A DNA stretch of 64,000 bases from a virus. Positions 49,120 to 59,888 of the stretch are shown one piece after another. The DNA is taken from positions 32,001 through 96,000 of the IMG/VR virus record IMGVR_UViG_3300049324_000002; one strand, given 5' to 3'. A model generated the notes under the pieces. That model did not search any database and was not told the origin of the DNA. It was given only the letters and a program-made list of their open reading frames with translations. The position numbers and the translations under genes were made by a program. The stretch's first letter is position 1; each line of letters starts with the position of its first letter.

Positions 49120-52100
49120 GTAACGTCGGAAAGGAAAAGACGGGAATCGCACTGACCCGGGAAGTCGGATGAGAACTGAAGTGGAAACGAATGGTCGGGC
49201 TCGAGTAGTCGAGTAGAACTGAATGGACGTGCATAGTCGGAACCGATTGGAAGGGAATAGACACGATCTGAGTAGTCGAATCGACGCGATCCGGCCAGGA
49301 ATGGAGTAGTCGGTAAAGAATAGACTCGACACGTAAAGACAGAAGCGATCAGTCGAAACGACCGGGCACGAAACGCAGTGACGTGGCTTGTCGGAAAGAA
49401 CGGAAGTGCGCCGCCAGGAGTAGTCGAGCCGATCGGATGCGATAGGGCGTGACGTGGCTTGTCGGTGATGGCCAGTAATGACCGGGGGCGACTCGTGTAG
49501 TCGGGTCAGACCAGACTCGCCTTGGACATGAGTAGTCGAAGGACCAGAAACGACTCGCCGTGACATGTCGTATTGTACCGACGTGATCCGCCTGGTCTCG
49601 AATCGCGAAGTCGGAGCTGGATGGGGGAGCGGAGAGAAGTCGGAGCTGAGTGGAACGGAGATGAGGAGTCAGTAGGGGACGACAAGATCTGAATGGTCGA
49701 ACAGAAACGACGAGATTTGTGCGGTCAAAAGAGTCGAAACGATCTGACCCGATCCGATTCGTCGCATTGCAGTGATTGGAACTGACTTGGCTGGTCGAAC
49801 AGAATCGAAAGGACATGGCTTGTCGACGGGAACGAGAGGGCTTGACTGGTCGATCGGAGTCGGACGGAGCTGGCTAGTCGAAATGAATCGCCCGGACCTG
49901 AAAGAAGTGACTTGTCGAACAGGCACGAAATGATATGGATTGTCGAACAGAATCGAAAGGACTTGACTGGTCGATGGAAATGAAAAGACGTGAGTTGGCT
50001 GGTCAAGCGACTCGACTAGGCTGGAACTGACTCGTCGGTAAAGGATCGTCAGGAATCGGAATGAGTAGTCGACAGGAATCGAATAGAGTAGACTCGTCAG
50101 ATCGGGATCGCTGGGATTCGAATAGACTTGTCGGAAAAGAGTAGACTTGACAGGACTAGACGTGAGTGGTCAGACAGTCATGGCTTGACTTGAAACGAGT
50201 GGTCGGTGCGGTCACGATCTGACTCGAAATGAGTGGTCAAAAAGAACTGACCTGACGAGACAGGGTTAGTCGAAAAGAACTGGCCTGACCCGGGGCGACC
50301 GGACGTGAGAAGTCAAGCGAATCGAACAGACATGTTAGTGACCGGATGTGTCGAATCGGCATGACCTGACTTGTAGTGAGAAGTCGAAACGTATCGAATC
50401 GAAAGCGATAGGCCTTGGAGTGTCAAACGAAGTGACTCGGCCAGGCGTGACTGGTCAACAGAATCGACTCGTTGACGAATAGTCAAAGTGGTTCGGATCG
50501 ATTCGCCTCGGCTCGCGTAGTCAACTGAGAAGGAAAGATCTGAATGGAAGAGTCGGACTGGAAACGTCGAGGGCTGACCTGAAACGAGTAGTCGGACTAG
50601 GAATGCCAAGAAACGATTAGCATCGAGTAGTCGGAATAGAATAGCTAAGGCAAGACAAGATCAGTCGGAACAGACAGGACTCGCAAAGGAACAGAAGTGC
50701 CATGAGTAGTCGGTCCGACGTGAATCGACAATGTTAGGAATAGTCGTACGGGGCCGATACGCCTCGACTTGAACTGTCGAAACGAAATGACTTGGCGGGC
50801 ATGGAGAAGTCGGTCTAGAAACGACAAGATCTGCAACGGCTAGTCAGATCGGAGGGAATTGACTGGTATGGAAGCGGGAAGTCGGATGGGGAATGACTGG
50901 ATTGGAAAGCGGGTAGTCACGCGAGACGAATCGACACGCATAGTCGAACAGACATGATAGGAAACGCGTCGAGTAGTCGTCAAGGACTGACCCGACACGA
51001 GTAGTCAAAAGGCACGCATCGTCTGGAAACGAGTAGTCAAACGGGGTGAATCGCCACGCACAGTCAACCGACTCGATCTGACCCGTAAGGAAACGAGTAG
51101 TCGGAAAGAAAGGAAGCGAAGACGGAACGCGTCGAGTAGTCGGAACGGATGAGTAATGAAATCGCATCGCCACGAGTAGTCGGCATGGCAGGGGAGAGGC
51201 GAGAGTAGTCGAAAGGACGTGAACCGATATGAATAGATTCGTCGTATCGAGCTGAGGGGATGAGAAACGCATCGCGTAGTCAGACGGGACTGGACATGAT
51301 TAGTCGGATAAGACGTGAGCGGTAAAGAGTAGTCGGAAGTGTGCCGCTAGGACCTGACACGTCAAGCGAACAGAGTCGATCTGACCCGTCAACAGAAGTG
51401 ACACGTAAAGAATAGTCGGACCCGGAAGGTAGGGAACGGACCTGACACGTCACCAGAGCAGAAGTGGCACGCAAAGAGTAGTCAACTGACACGGAGTGAG
51501 TGGACGTGGATAGCGTAGTCAATCGAGACGACCCGAAACGCAAGGAGAAGTCGGAAAAGATACGGACAGAAAGTGGATTGAGTAGTCATACGAGACGACA
51601 CGGAACGTAAGGAGAAGTCGTGCGATTCGAATCGATAGGAATCGAAGTAGAGTAGTCGAACGGACCCGACGTGGGAGGAAAAGGGCAGTCACCTGACCCG
51701 GCGCGGACCGAGCGGGAAAGAGTAGTCGAGGTGGAGAGCCCAGAATCGATCTGTCGAAGCGGACCGAACGGTCGTGAATTGAGTAGTCGTACTGAGTTGG
51801 AATCGAGTGGGAATGAGTAGTCAACTGAGCGGAATTGTACAGAGTAGTCAAACGAATCGAAGCGGTATCGCGCGGGAATGAGTAGTCGCACAGTATTGAG
51901 CGGGCTCGCGTTGAGTAGTCAACTGACACGAAGGGACGTGGCACGATCCGTCAGGTCACATCGCATCGAATAGACGTGAGTAGTCGAAACGAAGGGAAAC
52001 GACTCGGGTCGGCTCGAACAGAGATGTCGAAACGAATCGGCGGGATATGGAAAGTCGTAACGGGTCGGCGGGATGTGAGATGTCGAAAAGATAAGACACG

Positions 52101-53107
52101 ACCGGAAAAGAAGAAAGAGACGCGACTGGTCGAACGAAAAGAATCGGAATGGATCGCGTAGACTCGTCACCAGAACAGAGCGGGTCGGTAGTGATCTGTC
52201 GGGCGACAAGACACGGCGCGATGTGAAAAGTCGAAAGAAACGACCTGAACCGTAGAGCATCGACAGGTCGCTGGGAACGAATTGTCCGGGCCAGAGAAGT
52301 CACACGAGTGGGAACGAATAGGTCTGTCACTCGAAATGAGTTGACGCGGTAATGGGTAGTCAAGTGAAAAGACGTGGCAGGAATGGACGTGAGTAGTCAC
52401 ACGATCCGATATGATCGGAAGGGACTTGTCGGTATAGTAAGAATGGATCGGTGACGATCAGTCGAATAGACCGGGAACGACACAACGCGACATGAGTAGT
52501 CAATCGAATCGATAAGCGTGGCATGGACTTGTCGGACTAGCAAGGACCAGAAAAGATCTGTCGAACGGACCTGACTCGACCAGCATGGACATGAGTAGTC
52601 AACTGACACGGATCGAGTGGCATGGACTTGTCGAAACGAAGGGATACGCCTCGACTTGACCTGTCAAAAGACCGGAAAGGACCAGACTCGACGCGATAGG
52701 TCACATCGAAACAAATAGACGCGAATCGTCAAACGATAAGACAAGATGCGAAACGACTGGACCTGTCGAAATGATCGGACGGGCAGTGATTTGTCAAATG
52801 AAGCGATTGGACGGGAAATGACACGTCACATGAATCGACCGGGAGCGACCCGATAGGTCGTACGAAGTGAAAGGGCAGGAAAGGACATGTCAGCATGAAC
52901 AGAAATGTAGCGATCTGAACGGTCGTGCAGAAGTGGGGTGATGGGAAAGGACATGTCAGTGCGAATGGACCGGGCATGACTTGCCACGTCAAGCGACCAG
53001 ACCAGACTAGACTCGAAGCGATAGGTCGAACAGGAACGACGCGACTCGATAGGATATGTCACAACGACCGGAATCGACGCGTCACGACGCGATATGTCAC
53101 ACGATAC
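49120..53107 (-). repeat. Large pentamer-periodic non-coding array (~4 kb, roughly 110 units by length estimate)
   Basis: Plus strand: runs of G(A)NNN pentamers punctuated by GTC(G/A), commonly GAGTAGTCG, e.g. GAACC GATTG GAAGG GAATA GACAC GATCT GAGTA GTCG; units mostly 28-44 nt in 5-nt steps; local base skew is inverted relative to the genes. Confidence 0.93.
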
Positions 53108-53128
53108 CCAGACCACTGGGGTACCACC

Positions 53129-53158
53129 ATCATACCCCACCCGGCCACCGCCACTCAA
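53129..53158 (-). promoter_or_regulatory. SigA-type promoter facing the large array
   Basis: TTGAGT-18-TATGAT; followed by hairpin CCCAG-TGGT-CTGGG (53120-53107) and then the first unit. Confidence 0.65.
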
Positions 53159-53198
53159 ACAAAAGCAAAAGAACACAAACAATAAAACGGTGCAGCCG

Positions 53199-53270
53199 TG
53201 CCCCCAGGGAATTCTGCCATCCCGACCCACGCTTTAAAAGAGCGTTGCTCTGCTTCTGAGCTATAGGGGC
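53199..53270 (-). tRNA. tRNA-Lys(TTT) with non-canonical T-loop
   Basis: GCCCCTA/TGGGGGC acceptor; ACGCT-CTTTTAA-AGCGT; T-loop GGCAGAA. Confidence 0.8.
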
Positions 53271-53280
53271 CAATATTTAA

Positions 53281-53617
53281 CTAGGAAACCTCAGAATTAG
53301 TTGACTGCCAATGAGCCAACAAATCCTCATCGACGTCACCCAACGAATCCACCCGCTCAGTAAAACCATACGACGCCCACCACTGACCCGGGAGCACGTC
53401 ACCCTCCACCAACCGCTGATCCAACGACTCAAACGCCCACGCCGCCGACCCATACAACAGAAGCTTCTGCTCAGGATCAGAAACCTCAGCAGCCTGCTTC
53501 AACGTACCCCTAATATAACCCAACCCCTGCGACGCCGATCCACCAAACCTAGAATCCCTACTAGCTCGCAAACCATGCGAGTCCTTAGCAACAGAAGGCT
53601 TATCAACACCAGACACG
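53281..53617 (-). CDS. Hypothetical protein
   Basis: 'AFESLDQRL..G..LP.QW' pattern; start near 53617 after AGGAG. Confidence 0.55.
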
Positions 53618-53858
53618 ACAACACTCCTAACTAGACAACCCGATAACAAACAACACCACCAGTATACCAAACGCCACCACACAACCCAGTACAAAACCCG
53701 CTAACACAGTCAACACCATGCCAGCCAACATAGCGATCACAGCGCCCATCACACATCCTACCGACGATTCTCCAACAACCAACACACGCCAAAAACAATC
53801 AAAGCCAACAAAAACATACCAAGCAGTATGTAAAGAAGAACACCCAACGACTCTAACA

Positions 53859-55027
53859 CTAAATAGCCTCAATACTATCAGCCCACTGCCGCGCCCACTG
53901 ACCAATCCTAGAAAAAAACTCCTCTTTCTCACCATCAGAGAGACCGCGAAACAAATTAGAATAAGTAGAACTAGCTTCAACCCGAACACGCCACTCAGCA
54001 TCCAACAACTTATTAAGCATACGTATTTTCTCAGAAGAAGAAAACAAAATTATATACTGATTAAACGTATCATCAACTTTAGAATCAGACATCAGAACCA
54101 CCCGGGCCAAACTCGATATCTAACCTATCATTCAACTCGCGCATCTGACTCTCCGACAACCCACTAACCATAGCAGCAAACTCACCATCAAGCTTGCATG
54201 CAATATCAGTCACATGATCTAACTTAACTCTAGCCTCGCTAACATCAGCTTTCGCTGACTGTAAATCACGAAACACCACAATGATTTCAATAATCTCATC
54301 CATTAGAACCACCCGGCAAAGCATTAACACGCTCAGTCAACTCACCACGCTGAGCCTCAGACAACCTACGCAACGCAACACCATACCGATCAATAGACCT
54401 CTCCTGCACACCCAACGCCTCATCCAACAACTTCCTAGCCCGACCCACCCGAGCCTTATCCTCCTGCAACGTCACATAAAGGCGAAAAGCTGTGTACACA
54501 TCGTCGAAATCGTCAGTGCGAAGTATCATGACCCCTTCAACTCTCCACCACTAAACGCATACGTCCAACCAGCATCCACAACATGACGAACCAACGCGTC
54601 ACTCGCGTCCTCACCGAAACTAGCCGCTATATAAAGAATCTCCTCACACAACAACGCACGCTGCAACCGCACACCCAACTTCTCAAAACCAGGACGCGAC
54701 CACTCACGACGACAAGAAGACAACGCAATCTCAAACAACCCAGCCGTATCAACATTAAAATCAGTATTACTATTAGTGCCAGGCATCAGGACCACCACCC
54801 TCCGACACCACTGACCCGGCCACACCCAACGACGCCAAACGGTCATTCACCTCTTGAACCTCACCATCAGACAACCCACTCAGCAAACTACAAAACCGAG
54901 CGTCCGCGTTATTCTTCGCGATCTGCGCCTTCAACAACTCCTGCTGAGCCAACTCAACACCCACACGAGTCTCCTGCAGCACGCGATACGCATCAAGGGT
55001 TTCAGTAACAACATCAACACTGTCCAT
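53859..55027 (-). CDS. Paralog family B (53859, 54085, 54296, 54773) plus ORF 54526-~54786
   Basis: Helical hairpins ending (S/R)GLS-x-x-(E/Q)-x-x-E-h-x-x-R-h. Confidence 0.7.
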
Positions 55028-55125
55028 AACGAATCAACTCACCCTGTCACGATTATTTGTTGTCAACACCCGAATGCTATATCCCCTGGGGAGGGGACCC
55101 TCCTACCGAGGAAAACAGACCAAGA

Positions 55126-55915
55126 TCAACGTGGGCTAGTGCGAGCCTCACGAGCAAGACGAGTGGCCTCAACAAGAGCACCCTGCCAATCATCCAACTG
55201 ATCCCGTAAATCCTTCAACGACCCCTTGATATCAAACAGAGAATCAAGAATAGGATGATCTACAGGAACAAGACCCGTATCCTTAATCTTAAACTCCTCA
55301 ACAACCAAATCACAACTCATATGATAAAGAGTCCTAGCCACAACATCCAATACTCCACTCAAAGCATCACGCTGATCTTCAGTCAACGTAGTAACACCAG
55401 GAATACTAGCCATCTTAATCCTCACTCATTTCAGAATGCAGCACCTCACGGGAAACCGATAACAACCAACGACACACCAAAGCCGTAATATTAGCAAGAG
55501 AAGTGCTAGCCTGAGTAGCAAACGCATCAAACTCAGCTAACACCACACCATCCGTCACAGACAGATCACACTGATCAATCATGTGAACAGCAACACTCAA
55601 ATTCTGTTGACACTCACGAACAGCCGACAACGCAGCCATCAGCTCATCCTGCGTCTGCAAAGAATTCATGCGAATGAGATCTGACCTCATCAAAACCCCT
55701 TAAAGATCTAGTCGAAGCTGACCGTGATCCATCCAATACTGTGCTTCAGTGATCCACCGCTCCCGACCCCTCACAGGACCCTCAAGCCAGCGAACCTTCA
55801 GACTCCAACTAGTACCCTCCGTGCGCTGCAGCACAACAGCCCTCGTCGTTTTATCCTTCTCAACCCACAACACATTCTCACCACGCTTAGGCTTCCCAGA
55901 AGGCGTAGGCATCAC
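55126..55915 (-). CDS. Three small hypothetical proteins
   Basis: ORFs 55126, 55415 and 55700 (SH3-like). Confidence 0.55.
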
Positions 55916-56048
55916 TCATCACTCGCATCCCGGACAGCCCTACGACGATCAGTACTACGCACCCGAGCCCTACCATGAGAACCCGCAGCACCGGACCAAC
56001 GCAGGCGCTGTACGCGCGCCACGCGGGCCGGAACCGGCTGCCTGGCCA

Positions 56049-57014
56049 TCAGCCCACCACCTCCCCATCCCGCGCGTCGTGCCCAATCAAGAACCGCTCA
56101 TCTTTGGCAGAAGACTCCAAGTCAGCAACGAACCGAACCTCAGAGCCCGTAGGCGCCGACCGCAGCTCCACAGGAGGCAACGTCCACACCCGGAAACCAT
56201 TACCCTGCACCAACATCTTGCCAGCCTTCAAACTCATAATCTTACCAGTCACCAGAGTAACACCAGACGGGATAGGCAAATACGGTGCAGGAATAGGACC
56301 ACTCACCACACGCATCACCGCAGAAACCTGACGCTCCGTCAACGTCCCACGCGTCACCAAATCCTCAGCAAGCGAGCAATAAAAGCACTTCTCAGCACCA
56401 ACACAACCCGCAGTAACATGCTCCTGAACCGTCCGGTACAAAAACCCAGACACCCGCCTATTCTGCGGAGACGCAGCCAACCACTCACGCCTCGTCTGGT
56501 CGATCTTCGTCCAACGCTCCGCAGCCTCAGCCGGAACAGCCTCCTCAGCCGCCCGCGCCTTCTTCCGCATCCCAGCCACGAACTCGCGCAACGCGCCCGC
56601 TCGAGCGGCAACCTCAGACATCTTCGCCGCACCCATCGAAGCAGCACAATCCACACCAGTCGTAATGACACCCGACTCGCCGTCAATATCAGGACGCCAC
56701 GACCACACCACCGCATAACGAATATGTGCACCACAGATGGAACACTGAGACAACGCACGACGATCACCCACCGCACGACGCGCGTACCGAGCAGCCTTCA
56801 CCTTCTGCTTCTCAGCGAACGACAACCACGCACCCGGGACACGAGCACGCGTCACCAACGCAGCAACATCATCCTTAGCGTTGCCAGCATAAAGATCAAG
56901 AACATCCACGAACACATAGTGCTCAGGGACAAGAACACCAACACGATGCTCGTCAACACGCTGCGTGGCCATCACGCCTCCCTGCCTTGGGGAAACCTTC
57001 TCGGTGTTCGTCAT
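56049..57014 (-). CDS. Hypothetical protein with Zn-binding motif
   Basis: CSICGAHI...GVDC; apparently leaderless. Confidence 0.7.
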   Translation of the reverse strand: MTNTEKVSPRQGGVMATQRVDEHRVGVLVPEHYVFVDVLDLYAGNAKDDVAALVTRARVPGAWLSFAEKQKVKAARYARRAVGDRRALSQCSICGAHIRYAVVWSWRPDIDGESGVITTGVDCAASMGAAKMSEVAARAGALREFVAGMRKKARAAEEAVPAEAAERWTKIDQTRREWLAASPQNRRVSGFLYRTVQEHVTAGCVGAEKCFYCSLAEDLVTRGTLTERQVSAVMRVVSGPIPAPYLPIPSGVTLVTGKIMSLKAGKMLVQGNGFRVWTLPPVELRSAPTGSEVRFVADLESSAKDERFLIGHDARDGEVVG

Positions 57015-57020
57015 ACCCGT

Positions 57021-57049
57021 AGGTTAGCATGCAGGCAGCACGAGGTCAA
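57021..57049 (-). promoter_or_regulatory. SigA-type promoter, leaderless transcript
   Basis: TTGACC-17-(TGC)TAACCT, 6 nt before the ATG at 57014. Confidence 0.75.
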
Positions 57050-57081
57050 CTAGAATCTAGAGATCTACAGGATTTGCGAGA

Positions 57082-57624
57082 TCAGACAGCAGAGCAAGAA
57101 GCTCTATAATGACCAATGATCTCGTAAGCAAACCACACGATAGCAAAAGCCTCAACACCACAAAACAACATCAAAATAATCGAAGGATGAGGAACCATAA
57201 TACCGTAAACTAAAGCGGCTGCCCAACCAACACCACAAAAAACAAGAATATCTATTGACATCTGAATAAACTTAACTCTACGTCTATTCTTTACAGAACG
57301 ATGAAATGACTCCCAACCCAAAACAGTGACATAAGAAGAATTGTATAGCTTAGGAGACAACTCCGTACGGATATAATTACCAATCTCAGTTATCTTTGTA
57401 TCGTTAGCTAAATAAGTCCACCCAAACACTAAACACACAGGAGGAAGCAATAGTAAAGCAACAACATGTGGAGATGAACTACCAAACGCAAAAAACACCA
57501 CAGCAGCTACAGAAGTAAAAGTAGCATAAATCAAATTATCGCGAACAGTAATACGAGAACGCTGCTCCTCTTTCAAAAGCTTATACTCAGTTAAATACAC
57601 TTCAGTCAGATCAGAAGAATCCAT
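57082..57624 (-). CDS. Four-TM membrane protein
   Basis: 'EYKLLKEEQRSRI..RDNL.Y...YIR.EL...GWE'; AT-richer than its neighbours. Confidence 0.7.
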   Translation of the reverse strand: MDSSDLTEVYLTEYKLLKEEQRSRITVRDNLIYATFTSVAAVVFFAFGSSSPHVVALLLLPPVCLVFGWTYLANDTKITEIGNYIRTELSPKLYNSSYVTVLGWESFHRSVKNRRRVKFIQMSIDILVFCGVGWAAALVYGIMVPHPSIILMLFCGVEAFAIVWFAYEIIGHYRASCSAV

Positions 57625-57762
57625 TACACCCAACCGCTCCCCGTCAGCAAATCCCAACAATAATAACAATACCCATGAATAACTGCATCTTCACTGCAAG
57701 ACATACACTTACTAGAAACTCGAGACAACTTTATGTTAAAGAAATGCCACAATAAAATCTTA

Positions 57763-58406
57763 TCATGAAGCAACTCGAGCCGATGAATGCAACTTCGCAA
57801 TAGACATATTAATATCACGGACCAGCTCCTCCATCGCCCACAACTGCGAACTCAAACCACTAAGCTTGTCAGCATACTCAGGACTCATTTGCATAGCATC
57901 ATCAATATGAGTAGCACCCTGACGCAACGAACTCACAGCATGACGGGTATTCATCTCGGCAGCATCAAGCTCTTCTAAAAAGTTTCTCACAACAACCCCT
58001 AAACTCTAGCAGGAAAACCAGCCTCAATTAAAACAGGACACTCAATAGTCAGGTGCCCCTTAGCCCCACGAATAATGTTCATGTCAGAACAAGCTCCACA
58101 CCCGGAGCAATGCTTATTCTGCGCTCGAGCGCACGCAGGACACGGACCGCGCGAGAACTCACCAGCCTGCTTATGATTATGCGCAGCAGCTTTGCGTAGT
58201 TCCCGCACGGCCCGTAAAAGCCCGTCCCTCTTATGAAGCGCAGCTACATCACCCGGAGATGAATACAGAGTACCACCTCGTGAGGCTTGAGCATTTAGCT
58301 CATTAGCCTCAAGCTGCAACGTACTAGCGACATCACTCAGCCACTTATACGCTGCAATAAAACCATCTACCTGAGCCTTCGTCACCGCTGAAGTAGTAGC
58401 CACCAT
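57763..58406 (-). CDS. Two hypothetical proteins
   Basis: 57763-57990 coiled coil; 57999-58406 with Cys-rich C-terminus. Confidence 0.55.
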
Positions 58407-58411
58407 ACATC

Positions 58412-58699
58412 CTACCGGAAAGCGTAAGCCTCCTGCTCGGCAACGTGCTCCAAAGGCTGGCCAGCCCGCTGAGCACGACGCTTCAACGACCGACGCTCAT
58501 CCTCAGACAAACCACCCCACACACCAGCATCCTGTCCAGACTTCAAAGCCCAGATCAAACACTCAGTAGCGACGGGGCACCGACGACAAACCGCCTTCGC
58601 CTTATTAACCTGCACCAAAGCAGGACCACTTTGCCCTACAGGAAAAAACATCTCCGGATCCTCTTTACGACAAGCAGCACGGTGACGCCAATCAGCCAT
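58412..58699 (-). CDS. whiB: WhiB-family Fe-S transcription factor (WhiB1/WblE-like)
   Basis: MADWRHRAAC..DPEMFFP..AKAVCRRCPVATECL..GVWGGLSEDER; RBS GAGGAGG. Confidence 0.95.
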   Translation of the reverse strand: MADWRHRAACRKEDPEMFFPVGQSGPALVQVNKAKAVCRRCPVATECLIWALKSGQDAGVWGGLSEDERRSLKRRAQRAGQPLEHVAEQEAYAFR

Positions 58700-58789
58700 C
58701 GGAAACACCTCCTCGCCACTAAGAACAGGACACCCACGTCCTACCCAACAACACCAAGGAAGGAAGCAGAGATATAAAGCATACAACAA

Positions 58790-58835
58790 CGACACGAGGG
58801 TGCAACCCATTTACATGAGATGCACCCTCGTGTCG
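58790..58835. promoter_or_regulatory. Perfect 15-bp inverted repeat upstream of whiB (terminator or operator)
   Basis: CGACACGAGGGTGCA-16 nt-TGCACCCTCGTGTCG. Confidence 0.65.
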
Positions 58836-58862
58836 ACAAAACAGAACGCTTACCCGGGCGAC

Positions 58863-59369
58863 CTACCCAAGCTTCGGGGCATCAATAGCCGGGATAGGAC
58901 GATCCGACTGGATGTAATCGAGGTTAGTTACGATCTTAGTACCATCCGCAAGGAAGAAGAAAATACCAGGATCTCCATTACCATACGAACCATCATCCTG
59001 AGGACCATCAACCACAACAGGCTGGCAACCGTAGTAACCAGTAGTCCCGCCACAAGTCCAATGCACATCCTGCTCAGGAGTGGCCTGACTACCATTAGAA
59101 CTAATCTTGCCACGAGTCACGTAGTAACCCTTGATCTGACCAAAACTCATCACATACAAGTAACCAATAGCATCAGGGTTCTCTTCGCGCTTACGCTTCT
59201 CCTCAAGATTCGACTTCTCAAGAGTAGGACCCGTAGCCTTCTGAGCCTGCAAAGTATCACGAGCCTTATCATCAGCCGTCTGATTATCACACCCGGCTAG
59301 CACAAGAGCGGCCGAAAGCAGAACACCAATCACGCCAGCCCTACGAGTAGGAGTCTTCAAATTAATCAA
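58863..59369 (-). CDS. Lipoprotein
   Basis: Signal peptide with lipobox LAGC. Confidence 0.8.
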   Translation of the reverse strand: MINLKTPTRRAGVIGVLLSAALVLAGCDNQTADDKARDTLQAQKATGPTLEKSNLEEKRKREENPDAIGYLYVMSFGQIKGYYVTRGKISSNGSQATPEQDVHWTCGGTTGYYGCQPVVVDGPQDDGSYGNGDPGIFFFLADGTKIVTNLDYIQSDRPIPAIDAPKLG

Positions 59370-59872
59370 CCCTTACAGTCAGTAGCAGTATCGTTATTAT
59401 CAATCTGGAAAGGAAGGTCAGTCGAACGGAAATCTTCCATAGAGAACTTACGCGTATCAGCATTATACTTGCCCACAAGAGCAACACAGTACTGCTCTTG
59501 ACCAATAAGCTGAGTCTTCAACTGAGGATTAGTAGGATCCTGAGCAATAGCCAAAGAACTGATCACGACAGTACGGTCGGCAGCAAGAATATCCTGATAC
59601 CGAGTCTCAAACAACTCCTGAGCCTTCACACGATTAGGCCCAGCATTCTTAATCTTCTGTGCATCCCCCTGACCCTTAATATCACTAGAGAACACACCAA
59701 ACGCCCACAATGCAATACTCAACGCACCAACAAGTATAACCGCAATAACCGCTAGAACCCAACCCCACGCAAGAGCGCCAGCGGCACCCCGCACCGGATG
59801 CGCCTCAAACCTAGCCTCACGCGTCTCCCAATCACGAGCCACCGCACACACCCCTAACGTTAGGTACCACAC
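59366..59872 (-). CDS. Single-TM membrane protein, probable partner of the lipoprotein
   Basis: TM segment followed by a helical domain with 2 Cys; overlapping stop/start. Confidence 0.7.
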   Translation of the reverse strand: MWYLTLGVCAVARDWETREARFEAHPVRGAAGALAWGWVLAVIAVILVGALSIALWAFGVFSSDIKGQGDAQKIKNAGPNRVKAQELFETRYQDILAADRTVVISSLAIAQDPTNPQLKTQLIGQEQYCVALVGKYNADTRKFSMEDFRSTDLPFQIDNNDTATDCKG

Positions 59873-59888
59873 ACTGACTAAGCAATAG

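Noticed and set aside
49120-53107. Canonical CRISPR array
   Set aside because: No 23-47-nt conserved direct repeat and no free-sequence spacers; the constant part is only 3-9 nt and the 'spacers' are themselves periodic.
49061-53259. About 20 overlapping ORFs in the ORF track across the large array
   Set aside because: They occur in all three minus frames, and their recurrent peptides (STTR, FDYS, RLL) are the CGACTACTC motif read in each frame. They show 5-nt periodicity and no evident RBS, so they are artefacts of a stop-poor repeat.
30524-55064. Shared 12-mer TTATTTGTTGTC at about 30524 and 55053
   Set aside because: Many 12-mer coincidences are expected in 64 kb, and there is no consistent -10 element.
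58700-58810. N-terminal extension of WhiB in the ORF track
   Set aside because: Homology begins at M38 (58699), which has a strong RBS; the extension overlaps the inverted repeat.
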